64,000 nt of DNA, from the NCBI GenBank assembly GCA_035549455.1, contig DASZQW010000032.1:46960-110959 (forward strand), in the 5' to 3' direction. Below the pieces are notes generated by a model. The model had not been told where the DNA came from. It worked only from the letters and a program-made list of their open reading frames with translations, and made no database searches. The position numbers and the translations under genes were made by a program. The stretch comes from Rhizomicrobium sp. GTDB lineage: Bacteria > Pseudomonadota > Alphaproteobacteria > Micropepsales > Micropepsaceae. Shown piece by piece: positions 29,067 to 38,469 of this stretch. The first letter of the stretch is position 1. Each line of letters begins with the position of its first letter.

Positions 29067-29828
29067 ATGTTGAAAGTCCGCATCATCCCCTGCCTGGACG
29101 TCAAGGACGGCCGCGTCGTCAAGGGCGTGAATTTCGAAGGCCTGCGCGATGCCGGCGATCCGGTGGAGCAGGCGATCCTGTACGACAAGGAAGGCGCCGA
29201 CGAACTCTGCTTTCTGGACATCACCGCCTCTCACGAAAATCGCGGCACCTTGCTGGATGTGGTGCATCGCACCGCCGAAGTCTGCTTCATGCCGCTGACG
29301 GTGGGCGGCGGGGTGCGGACCCTTGATGATATCCGCGCGCTGCTGCTGGCGGGCGCCGACAAGGTCTCGATCAACACCGCCGCGGTGACGCGGCCCGAAT
29401 TCGTGAAGGAGGCGGCGGAGAAGTTCGGCAGCCAGTGCATCGTCGCGGCCATCGACGCCAAGGGGGTGGGCGGCGGGCGCTATGAGATTTTCACCCATGG
29501 CGGGCGCCAGGCCACCGGCATCGATGCCGTGGCCCACGCCCAAAAGCTGGTGGGGTTTGGCGCGGGCGAAATCCTGCTCACATCCATGGACCGCGACGGC
29601 GTCAAGTCGGGCTATGACCTGGACCTGACCCGCGCCGTGTCGGACGCGGTGACAGTGCCGGTGATCGCCTCGGGCGGCGTCGGCAACGTCCAGGACCTGG
29701 TCGATGGCGTGACCAAGGGCCATGCCAGCGCCGTGCTGGCGGCCTCGATCTTTCATTTCGGCGAAGTCTCCATCGCCCAGGCCAAGCAGGCGCTTTCGGG
29801 CGCCGGCTTGCCGGTGCGCCCCATCTGA
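29067..29828 (+). CDS. hisF: Imidazole glycerol phosphate synthase cyclase subunit
   Basis: [39 protein letters not shown] and VIASGGVG motifs. Confidence 0.97.
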   Translation: MLKVRIIPCLDVKDGRVVKGVNFEGLRDAGDPVEQAILYDKEGADELCFLDITASHENRGTLLDVVHRTAEVCFMPLTVGGGVRTLDDIRALLLAGADKVSINTAAVTRPEFVKEAAEKFGSQCIVAAIDAKGVGGGRYEIFTHGGRQATGIDAVAHAQKLVGFGAGEILLTSMDRDGVKSGYDLDLTRAVSDAVTVPVIASGGVGNVQDLVDGVTKGHASAVLAASIFHFGEVSIAQAKQALSGAGLPVRPI

Positions 29829-29830
29829 CC

Positions 29831-29952
29831 GCTTTATTTGTCGCTCCGGCTTCGCCGACGCTTTAATTTGTCGCTCCGGCTTCGCCGACGCTTTTATTTG
29901 TCGCTCCGGCTTCGCCGACGCTTTAATTTGTCGCTCCGGCTTCGCCGACGCT
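29831..29952. repeat. Four tandem ~30-bp hairpin units (GCTTTAATTTGTCGCTCCGGCTTCGCCGAC)
   Basis: Period 30 at 29831/29860/29890/29920; no unique spacers; internal CGGC-TTC-GCCG stem. Confidence 0.95.
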
Positions 29953-29996
29953 CCCCCACGATTGATAGCTGCCGTGTTTTGCGCCTAGGCTGGCGC

Positions 29997-30977
29997 ATGG
30001 ATGATCCCCGTGTCGCCGTGCATTCCCTGACCCGCCGCAACCTGGGTACCGACAAGATCGTGTTCGGCAAGCCGGTCAAGGCGCTGCCCGCCCCTGTCTC
30101 GCGCGGCATGCGGCCCGAAGAGGGTTTCCGCGCCACCCTGTCGGACTGCCTGGCCCAGATCAACGCCAATGCCGCATCCTTGCGCGTCAGCCATTCGGCG
30201 GAAGGCCTGCATCAGTTGCGCGTGGCGTTCCGGCGGCTGGACGTGGCGCTGGGGGCTTTTGGCCGGGAGTTCAAGCAGGACTGGCTGGAGGAACTGCGCA
30301 GCCGCGCCAAGATACTGTCGGGGCGGCTGGCTCCGGCCCGCGACCTGGATGTGTTTGTCGAAAAGCTGCTGGCCGAACCACCGGACACCCAGGCCGAAGG
30401 CTTTGGCCAGTTGCGCGCCCGCGCCCAGGCCGCCCGCGACCAGGCCTGGACCGCCGCCATTGCCTGCATTGCCAGCCCCGATTTCGAACTTTTTGCCGAT
30501 GACGTGGCGGCGCTGGCCTCCTCGCACCTTCCCCTGACCCATCGCCGCCTGCCCAGGACCGCGGCCCGGATGCTGGACCGCCAGGTCCGGCGGGTGAAAA
30601 AGCGGGGCCGCACGGCGCGCTCGCGCGACGAGGGTGACCTGCACCGGCTGCGCATTGCCCTGAAGAAATTGCGCTACACGGCGGAATTCTTTGCGCCCCT
30701 CTATCCCAAGAAGGACGTGAAGAAATACCTGGAAGAGCTGCGCGGCCTGCAGAACCATCTGGGCGATCTCAATGACATCGCCAATGTGCGCGCGGTGGTG
30801 CATGACATCCTGCGCCCCGATGACGACCGCAAGGGCGGCAAGGCGCGCAATGAGTCCCAGATGTCCTTCGCCGCCGGATCGGTGGTGGGCTGGTTCGGCG
30901 CCAAGACGCCGGGCGCCATCAAGCAGTCGCTGAAGCGCTATCGCAAATTCCGCAGGCTCACGCCGTTCTGGCAATGA
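29997..30977 (+). CDS. CHAD domain protein (polyphosphate-binding)
   Basis: EGLHQLRVAFRRL, ARDLDVF, LHRLRIALKKLRY and LQNHLGDLND motifs. Confidence 0.88.
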   Translation: MDDPRVAVHSLTRRNLGTDKIVFGKPVKALPAPVSRGMRPEEGFRATLSDCLAQINANAASLRVSHSAEGLHQLRVAFRRLDVALGAFGREFKQDWLEELRSRAKILSGRLAPARDLDVFVEKLLAEPPDTQAEGFGQLRARAQAARDQAWTAAIACIASPDFELFADDVAALASSHLPLTHRRLPRTAARMLDRQVRRVKKRGRTARSRDEGDLHRLRIALKKLRYTAEFFAPLYPKKDVKKYLEELRGLQNHLGDLNDIANVRAVVHDILRPDDDRKGGKARNESQMSFAAGSVVGWFGAKTPGAIKQSLKRYRKFRRLTPFWQ

Positions 30978-31560
30978 AATTCATGTTCAGCGTGTCGATC
31001 ACGGGCGCGCCGTCCGCCGACAGCCGCAGCAGCAGGATTTTCGACACATCCAGGTCGGCGGGCATCGGCGCCCTCATGTCCCAGCCGGTGGCCAGCGTAT
31101 AGGCGGCGCGCAGCACGCCCAGATGCGCCACCGCCACGGCGTCGCCCCCGGCCAAGGCGCCTGATGCCATATCCTTGAAAAACGCCGCCACACGGTCCAG
31201 CACATCCTGGGTGGATTCGCCGCCCGGCGGGCGAAAGGCGCCGCCGCGATCGGCCCCGGCCCTGATGTAGCAATCCGCGCCATCGCGGGTGATGATCTCG
31301 CCCCGGGTATGGCCTTCCCAGCGGCCCCAATTCTGCTCCATCAGCCGCGCATCAAGCGCCACATCTGCAAGGCCCAGCGCCTGCGCGGTCTGGCGGGCGC
31401 GCAGCAGCGGGCTGGCAAAGGCGCGCGCCGGCATGAAAGGCAGGCGCAGCGCCTGCATCTGCGCAAGGCCCGCTTCGCTCAAGGGAATATCGGTATGGCC
31501 CTGCACCCGCCCGGCGGCGTTCCAGTCGGTGGCGCCGTGGCGCAGCAAGGCGAGTTTCAA
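30958..31560 (-). CDS. Histidine phosphatase family protein
   Basis: LRHGATDWN, SPL.RARQTA, PPGGES and AHLG motifs; TTG start overlaps the xth stop. Confidence 0.85.
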   Translation of the reverse strand: MKLALLRHGATDWNAAGRVQGHTDIPLSEAGLAQMQALRLPFMPARAFASPLLRARQTAQALGLADVALDARLMEQNWGRWEGHTRGEIITRDGADCYIRAGADRGGAFRPPGGESTQDVLDRVAAFFKDMASGALAGGDAVAVAHLGVLRAAYTLATGWDMRAPMPADLDVSKILLLRLSADGAPVIDTLNMNFIARTA

Positions 31561-32351
31561 ACGTCCAGCTCCACCACCACCGGCACATGATCGCTGGCCT
31601 TCTGCCAGCCGCGCATCTTGCGGGCGATCTTGTGGTTCTTCAGCGCGCCCTTCAGGCCGGGACTGGTCCAGACATGGTCCAGCCTGCGGCCGCGATCCGA
31701 GGCTTCCCAGTCGGCGGCGCGATAGCTCCACCAGCTGTAAATCTTCTGGTCGGGGGCAATGAAATGGCGCGTCGAATCCGTCCAGTCAAAGGCGGCCTGC
31801 ACCGCGCCCAGCAATTTCGTCTCCACCGGCGTGTGGCTGACAATGTCCAAAAGCTGCTTGTGCGACCAGACATCGTTCTCCAGCGGCGCCACGTTCAGGT
31901 CGCCCACCAGCACCAGCGGATCGTTCTTGCGGGCCTTGCGGGCGGCGAAGAATTTTTCCATGCCCTCCAGGAAGTGCAGCTTGTGGGCGAATTTCGGATT
32001 CTTCACCGGATCGGGAATGTCGCCGCCCGCCGGCACATAGAAATTGTGCAGCTCCACGCCGTTCGCCAGGGTCACCCCGATGTGGCGGGCATGGCCCTCG
32101 CGGCAGAAATCCTGCACGCCGGTCTCGCGGAAGGGGAGTTTCGAAAGGATCGCCACCCCGTGATAGGCCTTCTGGCCGTGGATCGCCTGGTGGACATAAC
32201 CCAACTTGTGGAAGGGCAGGGCCGGAAACAGCTCGTCCGCGACCTTGGTTTCCTGCAGGCACAGGACATCGGGGGCCTCCTCGCGCAAAAAGCGGGTCGC
32301 CAGAAGCCGGCGGAAACGCACCGAATTGATGTTCCAGGTGGCGATTTTCAC
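31557..32351 (-). CDS. xth: Exodeoxyribonuclease III
   Basis: ATWNINSV, LCLQETK, GDLNVAP, YSWWSYR, RLDH and SDHVPV motifs. Confidence 0.95.
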   Translation of the reverse strand: MKIATWNINSVRFRRLLATRFLREEAPDVLCLQETKVADELFPALPFHKLGYVHQAIHGQKAYHGVAILSKLPFRETGVQDFCREGHARHIGVTLANGVELHNFYVPAGGDIPDPVKNPKFAHKLHFLEGMEKFFAARKARKNDPLVLVGDLNVAPLENDVWSHKQLLDIVSHTPVETKLLGAVQAAFDWTDSTRHFIAPDQKIYSWWSYRAADWEASDRGRRLDHVWTSPGLKGALKNHKIARKMRGWQKASDHVPVVVELDV

Positions 32352-32568
32352 TTACCTCTGCCCTTCAATGCTGCACATGCACAGTTAATATGCGGAAAGT
32401 CGGCTTCCCGCTGCCTAAGATTTTGCCAAGTATTAACATGGTCATACCGTCGAAAAATACCTGGCTTACACGCATTGAAGTGCGAAATGGAGAGGTGTAT
32501 ATTGCATTGCAGCAATTGGTATCCCCGCCGGGCACCTCCCGCCGGGGGATGATTTCAAGGAGCGTCTC

Positions 32569-32697
32569 ATGACCAAATTCCGCGTCCCGACCGAACAGCC
32601 CTCCGCCGTGAATGCGTTCATCACCGAAGCCTTCAACGCTGCCACCATTGCCCTGGTCGGCGTGCTGGGCATCATCACCCTGGCCGCCACCATCTAA
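32569..32697 (+). CDS. Small (42 aa) predicted single-pass membrane protein
   Basis: AAGGAG RBS 7 nt before ATG, GC3-biased codons, hydrophobic C-terminus ([18 protein letters not shown]); fills the xth-tsaD gap. Confidence 0.65.
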   Translation: MTKFRVPTEQPSAVNAFITEAFNAATIALVGVLGIITLAATI

Positions 32698-33740
32698 CCG
32701 GCAAGCGGCCAGCGCGCTCTGGGGGATGTCCCCAAACCGTCCCCGGGCGCGCCGGTCGATAACTGCTCCACCCCGGCCCAGGCAATCATGGCCGCATTGT
32801 CGGTACAGAGCCTGGGGGGCGGGATGCGGATGACAAAGCCTTCGCCGCGCGCCAGCTTTTCCAGCGCCGCGCCGATCGCCTGATTGGCCGCCACGCCGCC
32901 CGCCACCACCAACAGCTTGCCGCCGGGAAAGTCCGCGCGGAACTGACCCATGGCGATGCGTGTGCGGTCGATCAATATGTCGATCACCGCCGCCTGGAAC
33001 GAGGCGCAGGCATCCGCGACATTCACATCTTCGCCCTCTGCCAGCTGGCGCAGCGCGGTCTTCAGGCCGCTGAAGGAAAAATCCGCGCTCTTGCGAACAT
33101 TATGTCCCGTCACCAAAGGCCGGGGCAGGGCATAGGCGCGCGGATTGCCGTTTCTGGCCGCCTGTTCGACTTGCGGCCCGCCGGGATAGGGCAGGCCCAG
33201 TATCTTGGCCGTCTTGTCGAAGGCCTCGCCCGCCGCATCGTCGATGGTGGCGCCGTAAAGGCGAAAATCGCCCGTCCCACCCACGCCCAGAAGCTGGCAA
33301 TGGCCGCCCGACACCAATAGCAGCAGGAACGGAAACGCCACGCCATGAGTCAGCCGCGCCGTCAAGGCATGGCCCATCAGGTGATTGACCGCGATCAACG
33401 GTTTGCCGCTGGCCAGCGCCAGCGCCTTGGCGGTGGTCAGTCCCACCATGACGCCGCCGATCAGGCCCGGACCCGCCGTGGCGGTGATACCGTCCAGTTC
33501 GGTCAGGGTGATCTTGGCCTCCTCCAGCGCCCGCTCGATCACGCCATCCAGGATTTCCAGATGGGCGCGGGATGCGATTTCCGGCACCACGCCGCCATAG
33601 GGGGCATGCGCCTCGCTCTGGCTGAACACAATGTCGGACAGGATCTCGCCGGGGCCGGGCGCGCGCCCGCGCACCACCGCGGCCGCGGTCTCGTCGCAGC
33701 TGGTTTCGATGCCCAGAATGGTGAAGGTCTTGCCGTTCAT
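32694..33740 (-). CDS. tsaD: t6A transferase TsaD
   Basis: [45 protein letters not shown] and [10 protein letters not shown] motifs. Confidence 0.96.
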   Translation of the reverse strand: MNGKTFTILGIETSCDETAAAVVRGRAPGPGEILSDIVFSQSEAHAPYGGVVPEIASRAHLEILDGVIERALEEAKITLTELDGITATAGPGLIGGVMVGLTTAKALALASGKPLIAVNHLMGHALTARLTHGVAFPFLLLLVSGGHCQLLGVGGTGDFRLYGATIDDAAGEAFDKTAKILGLPYPGGPQVEQAARNGNPRAYALPRPLVTGHNVRKSADFSFSGLKTALRQLAEGEDVNVADACASFQAAVIDILIDRTRIAMGQFRADFPGGKLLVVAGGVAANQAIGAALEKLARGEGFVIRIPPPRLCTDNAAMIAWAGVEQLSTGAPGDGLGTSPRARWPLAG

Positions 33741-33765
33741 AGGCCGCTCGTCTAACCCGTTGGGT

Positions 33766-34554
33766 ATGCGGATACTAGTGACACGGCCGCTGGAGGATGG
33801 GCGCGAAATTGCCGCCCGCCTGGCCGAAATGGGCCATCAGGCGCTGCTGGCGCCGCTGTTGGCGCCGGTCTGGCAGGACGGGCCGGAACCGGATTTTGCC
33901 GGTGTGCAGGCGATCCTCGCCACCAGCGCCAACGGCATCCGCGCCCTTGTCCGCAGGATACACAGGCCCACCTCCCCCTTTGCGCGAAGCGCCCAAAAGG
34001 GGGAGGTGGCCGAAGCGAGCGCGGCGGAGCCGCGCGGAAGCGAAGGCCGGAGGGGGTTCGACATATTCAACTTGCCCATCTTCGCGGTCGGTCCCCAGAC
34101 CATGGCCGAGGCGCGCGCCGCCGGATTCGCCGATATCCGCAATGGCGATGGCGACGCAAGCGACCTGGCCCAGGCCGTGACGCGCTGGACCATGCCGGAC
34201 AAGGGCGCGCTGCTGCATGTCTGCGGCGCCGAAGCGCCCGGCACCCTGGCCGAGGCACTGGAAGGGAACGGCTTTTCGCTGCGGCGGTCGGTGCTGTATC
34301 GCGTCGAGGCGGCCCATGCCCTGCCCCCCGAAACAGTGGCGGCGCTCCAGGAGGGCGCGCTGGACGCGGCACTGTTCTTTTCGCCCCGCAGCGCGCGGCT
34401 ATTCTGCGAACTGGCGGCGGGCCTGCCCACCCAGACCCTGGCGGGTTTGTGCATCAGTCCGGCTACCGCGGCAGCCCTGGCGCCGGGCGCCTTTGGCCGG
34501 GTGGCTGCTGCGGCGCGCCCCAACCAGGCCAGCCTGCTCGCCCTTCTGGCATAA
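33766..34554 (+). CDS. hemD: Uroporphyrinogen-III synthase carrying an in-frame ~33-aa repeat-derived insertion
   Basis: [26 protein letters not shown] and FFSPRSA motifs; extra segment between helix and strand. Confidence 0.9.
   Translation: MRILVTRPLEDGREIAARLAEMGHQALLAPLLAPVWQDGPEPDFAGVQAILATSANGIRALVRRIHRPTSPFARSAQKGEVAEASAAEPRGSEGRRGFDIFNLPIFAVGPQTMAEARAAGFADIRNGDGDASDLAQAVTRWTMPDKGALLHVCGAEAPGTLAEALEGNGFSLRRSVLYRVEAAHALPPETVAALQEGALDAALFFSPRSARLFCELAAGLPTQTLAGLCISPATAAALAPGAFGRVAAAARPNQASLLALLA
33964..34058. repeat. Family A palindromic element inside hemD
   Basis: Perfect 14-bp inverted repeat CCACCTCCCCCTTT (33968-33981) / AAAGGGGGAGGTGG (33996-34009), then GGCCGAAGC...GAAGGCCGGAGGGGG. 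Confidence 0.85.
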
Positions 34555-34819
34555 AAGTTGTGATTTTACCGAGCTGATGGCGGGGTCTTGCCTTTGTGCC
34601 CCTCAGGGTACAACCTGTGATTTTTGCGTGGAACGAAGTGGCCTGCCGGGCGCGCCCCCCCGGCGTCATGCGGTGGACCCGATTCGGGGCGGGCGGCGCG
34701 CGGCGGCAGATCGCGTTCCCCCGCCTCAATTTCCCGGCAAGCCTGCGCGCCGCCGCGCCCCTTCTTGTGGGATGAAACCAGCGCTTGCCGGATGGCTATT
34801 CTCCTGTGAGACTTCGCGG

Positions 34820-36340
34820 ATGCAGCATGAAGCTTTCGCGAACACCGAGGATTTTGGTGGTCCCGACATCGTGGCGGGGCCGGGCCGGGTTTCAAAGCCG
34901 GGGGTGGACGCGCCTTACGCCAATTACGAGCTGGGCAAGCCCTATGACGAGATGTTCGCCCGCGACGGCACGGCGCGCGCGCCCTATGCCGCGATGGATT
35001 CGCGCCTCTCCACCCTGCCGCTGGAAGAACTCAATCGCCGCCAGCAGGCGGTGGAGCAGAGCTTCCTGCACCAGGGCATCACCTTCACCGTCTATAGCGA
35101 CAACCAGGCGACCGAACGGATCATTCCCACCGACCTGATTCCGCGCATCGTCACCGCCCCGGAATGGGAACGCATCGAGCGCGGGCTGACCCAGCGCATC
35201 ACGGCGCTGAACCTGTTCCTGCGCGACATCTACAACGAAGGGCGGGTGCTGAAGGACGGCGTGGTGCCGCGCTCCATGATCTACGGCTCCAAGCACTACC
35301 GCCGCGAAATGCGCGGACTGCCGGTGCCGCACGGCGCTTACGTCAACATCTGCGGCAGCGACATGATCCGCAACGAGGCCGGCGACTTCGTGGTGCTGGA
35401 AGACAATCTGCGCGTGCCCTCGGGCGTCAGCTACATGCTGGCCAACCGCGATGTGGCGCGCCGCGCCTTCCCGGCGGTGTTCCGCTCCATGGGGGTGCGC
35501 CCGATCGAGCATTATCCGCTGGAGCTGCTGGCGACCCTCAGATCGCTGGTGCCGTTCCATGAGGATGTGTCGATCGCGGTCCTGACGCCGGGCGTCTTCA
35601 ACAGCGCCTATTTCGAGCACGCCTTCCTGGCCCGCCAGATGGGCGTGGAGCTGGTGGAAGGCCGCGATCTGCTGGTCAACGACAATGTCGTCTATACCCG
35701 CACCACTTCGGGCCTGAAGCGCATCGACGTCATCTATCGCCGCATCGATGACGACTTCATCGATCCCCTGATCTTCCGCGAGGATTCCGCGCTGGGCGTG
35801 CCCGGCCTGTTCAACGCCTATCGCGCCGGCAATGTGATGATCGCCAATGCGCTGGGCACCGGCGTCGCCGACGACAAGGCGATCTATGCCTATGTGCCGC
35901 GCCTGATCCGCTATTATCTGGCCGAAGAACCCATCCTGGAGAATGTCGAGACCTTCCTCTGCCGCGAGGAAAAGTCGCTTCACCATGTTCTGAACAATCT
36001 CGACAGACTGGTGGTCAAGGCGGTGGGTGAATCCGGCGGCTATGGCATGCTGATTGGCCCCCATGCCAGCATCCAGGAGCGCGCCGACTTCGCCGAAAAG
36101 ATCAAGGCCGATCCCGACAATTACATCGCCCAGCCCACTATCCAGCTTTCCACCGCCCCCACCTTTGTCGGCGATGGCGTCGAGGCGCGCCATGTCGATC
36201 TCAGGCCCTTCATCCTGCATGGCGCCGAGACCAAGATCGTGCCGGGGGCCTTGACCCGGGTGGCGCTGAAGCGCGGCAGCCTGGTGGTGAATTCCTCGCA
36301 GGGCGGCGGGTCGAAAGACACCTGGGTGCTTAGTCAATGA
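34820..36340 (+). CDS. Circularly permuted type-2 ATP-grasp protein
   Basis: [62 protein letters not shown] and [14 protein letters not shown] motifs. Confidence 0.93.
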   Translation: MQHEAFANTEDFGGPDIVAGPGRVSKPGVDAPYANYELGKPYDEMFARDGTARAPYAAMDSRLSTLPLEELNRRQQAVEQSFLHQGITFTVYSDNQATERIIPTDLIPRIVTAPEWERIERGLTQRITALNLFLRDIYNEGRVLKDGVVPRSMIYGSKHYRREMRGLPVPHGAYVNICGSDMIRNEAGDFVVLEDNLRVPSGVSYMLANRDVARRAFPAVFRSMGVRPIEHYPLELLATLRSLVPFHEDVSIAVLTPGVFNSAYFEHAFLARQMGVELVEGRDLLVNDNVVYTRTTSGLKRIDVIYRRIDDDFIDPLIFREDSALGVPGLFNAYRAGNVMIANALGTGVADDKAIYAYVPRLIRYYLAEEPILENVETFLCREEKSLHHVLNNLDRLVVKAVGESGGYGMLIGPHASIQERADFAEKIKADPDNYIAQPTIQLSTAPTFVGDGVEARHVDLRPFILHGAETKIVPGALTRVALKRGSLVVNSSQGGGSKDTWVLSQ

Positions 36341-36353
36341 AGTACGCCGGCAA

Positions 36354-37295
36354 ATGTTAAGCCGTGTCGCAGACTCGCTCTATTGGATGAGCCGCTATGT
36401 CGAGCGGGCCGAGCACACCGCCCGCCTGATCGCGGTCAAGCTGGAATCCATGGTCGAGCAGACGCCGGAAGATGCCGCGGCCAGCTGGGCGCGCGTCAGC
36501 CAGGCGCTGACCGGCGAAAAGCCGACCGGCCATCCCGACGCCTTCGCCACCACCAAGAAACTGGCGTTTGACCGCGACAATGACACCTCGCTGGTCAACT
36601 GCCTGGGGCTGGCGCGCGACAATGCCCGCCAGGTGCGCGAGGCGCTGTCCAACGAAGTGTGGGAAAATCTCAACCGCATGTATCTGCGGCTGGTGCCGGT
36701 GACGATGGAATCGATCTGGGTCCATACCCCCGCCCGCCTGTTCCGCGAAGCGCTGGAGGACATGCACGCCCTGGAAGGCGTGACCTATTCCACGCTCTCC
36801 CACGGCGAAGGCTGGTACTTCCTGGAACTGGGCCGTCATATCGAGCGAGTGCAGCAGATCGGCCGCCTGCTGGACATCCATTTTACCGCCGCCCAGAAAA
36901 GCGAGAACGGCCCCAAATATTTCGACTGGCTGGTGCTCTTGAAATTCTGTACCGCCTTCGAGCCCTATACCAAGGAATACACCGCCTCGATCCGGCCGCA
37001 GAAGATCGCCGAATTCCTGCTGTTCGATTCCGAATTTCCCCATTCCATCTGCTTCTCGGTCGACCGCATGTCCGAGGCCCTGGCGCGGGTGGCGCCGGGC
37101 GCGCCGCCGGCGCGGCGCGCGGCGGTGGAGCGGCAGGCCGGGCGGCTGAAGTCGGCGGTGGATTTCGGCCAGGTCGATGAACTGATGAGCGGCGGCGTGG
37201 CGGCCTTCATCGCCGACATCACCAGGCAGTCCGACCAGATCCACAAGGCGCTCTACTCGTCCTACATCACCTATGGCGCGGAGACGGTGCTTTGA
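36354..37295 (+). CDS. Alpha-E domain protein (DUF403)
   Basis: MLSRVADSLYWMSRYVERAE (ER motif), ARDNAR.VR..LS.EVWE.LN, GRHIER and FP.SI.F motifs. Confidence 0.92.
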   Translation: MLSRVADSLYWMSRYVERAEHTARLIAVKLESMVEQTPEDAAASWARVSQALTGEKPTGHPDAFATTKKLAFDRDNDTSLVNCLGLARDNARQVREALSNEVWENLNRMYLRLVPVTMESIWVHTPARLFREALEDMHALEGVTYSTLSHGEGWYFLELGRHIERVQQIGRLLDIHFTAAQKSENGPKYFDWLVLLKFCTAFEPYTKEYTASIRPQKIAEFLLFDSEFPHSICFSVDRMSEALARVAPGAPPARRAAVERQAGRLKSAVDFGQVDELMSGGVAAFIADITRQSDQIHKALYSSYITYGAETVL

Positions 37296-37300
37296 TGATG

Positions 37301-37425
37301 CCCCCCCTCTGTCACAACTCGGGTGCGCCAAGACGCGCACACCTCGTTGCGACATCTCCCCCCGCCGATGGCGTTCGGGCAGCGAAAGCTTCGCTTTCGC
37401 TTACGCCCTCACCCATGCGGGGGGC
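37301..37425. repeat. Family A palindromic element with an expanded inner hairpin
   Basis: CCCCCCCTCTGTCACAACTCG...CTCGTTGCGACATCTCCCCCCGC...GCGGGGGGC. Confidence 0.75.
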
Positions 37426-37453
37426 GAAAGCCTCCGCCCAGCGGGAACAATAA

Positions 37454-38419
37454 ATGTTTTACTCCATCCGTCATGTCACCCGCTTCCGCTACTCCGCGCC
37501 GGTGCGCGAATCGGTGATGGAGCTGCGCATGCAGCCGCGCTCCGAAGGGCCCCAGACCTTGCGCTCTTTCCAGATCGCCACCAACCCGCGCGCCCAGCTC
37601 TATGCCTATACCGATCACCTGGGCAACGCCGTCTATCACTTCAACATGCTGCGCGAGCATGAAGAGCTGCGCATCGAGGCCCAGGCCGTGGTGGAAGTGG
37701 GCCAGGCGCCGGTCTGGCCCGACAAGCTCGATGCCCTGGAATGGGGCCGCTACAACAGCTTCAACCTGAATGACGAGCAGTTCGACATGCTGGAGCCGTC
37801 CCGCTTCGCGCGCTCCTCGCCCGAACTGGAAGCCTTCATGAAGATCGCCGACCTGGAAAAACCTGTCGGCGATCCCCTGACGGCGCTGAAAACGCTCCAG
37901 CGCGGCATCTATGATTCCTTTGAATACCAGTCAGGCGTGACCGGCGTGGATTCGCCCATCGAGGTGGCGCTGGAACAGCGCCGCGGCGTCTGCCAGGACT
38001 TCGCCCATATCATGACCGCCATCGCGCGCGCATGGGGTATCCCCTGCCGCTATGTCTCCGGCTATCTCTATCACAAGGGCAGCCGCGACCGCTCTGCCGC
38101 CGACGCCACCCATGCCTGGGTGGAAGCCTATCTGCCGTCGCTGGGCTGGGTGGGTTTTGATCCCACCAACAATATCATGGCGGCCGAACGCCATATCCGC
38201 GCCGCCGTCGGGCGCGACTATGCCGACGTGCCGCCGACCCGCGGCACCTACAAGGGTGGCGCGGACAGCGAGTTGTCGATAGCGGTGTCTCTGGAACCGA
38301 CCCAGGCGCCGCTGCGCCATGAGGACTTCTTGAAAGTGGCGCGCCCCATGGCTTCGCCGACGCCGACGCCGTCCATGCCCGAGCGGCTTTATCACCAGCA
38401 GCAGCAACAACAGCAATAA
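37454..38419 (+). CDS. Bacterial transglutaminase-like protein with a C-terminal poly-Gln tail
   Basis: I.H.TRFRY..PV.ES, GVCQDFAH (Cys), RYVSGYL, HAWVE (His), GFDPTN (Asp) and GRDYADV.P.RG motifs; ends HQQQQQQQ. Confidence 0.92.
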   Translation: MFYSIRHVTRFRYSAPVRESVMELRMQPRSEGPQTLRSFQIATNPRAQLYAYTDHLGNAVYHFNMLREHEELRIEAQAVVEVGQAPVWPDKLDALEWGRYNSFNLNDEQFDMLEPSRFARSSPELEAFMKIADLEKPVGDPLTALKTLQRGIYDSFEYQSGVTGVDSPIEVALEQRRGVCQDFAHIMTAIARAWGIPCRYVSGYLYHKGSRDRSAADATHAWVEAYLPSLGWVGFDPTNNIMAAERHIRAAVGRDYADVPPTRGTYKGGADSELSIAVSLEPTQAPLRHEDFLKVARPMASPTPTPSMPERLYHQQQQQQQ

Positions 38420-38469
38420 GCGCGGTTATTTTGGCTCTCAACTGCGCCCCGCTGTGGTAATGCAGTCAA

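Noticed and set aside
29831-29952. Possible CRISPR array
   Set aside because: Units are contiguous with no unique spacers, and no cas genes are present.
29838-29996. N-terminal Arg-rich repeat extension of the CHAD protein
   Set aside because: Derives from the tandem array with a TTG start and no RBS; ATG 29997 is the more plausible start.
34547-34561. sigma54 promoter for the ATP-grasp operon
   Set aside because: TGGCAT-N5-TTGT lacks the -12 GC and overlaps the hemD stop; too weak.
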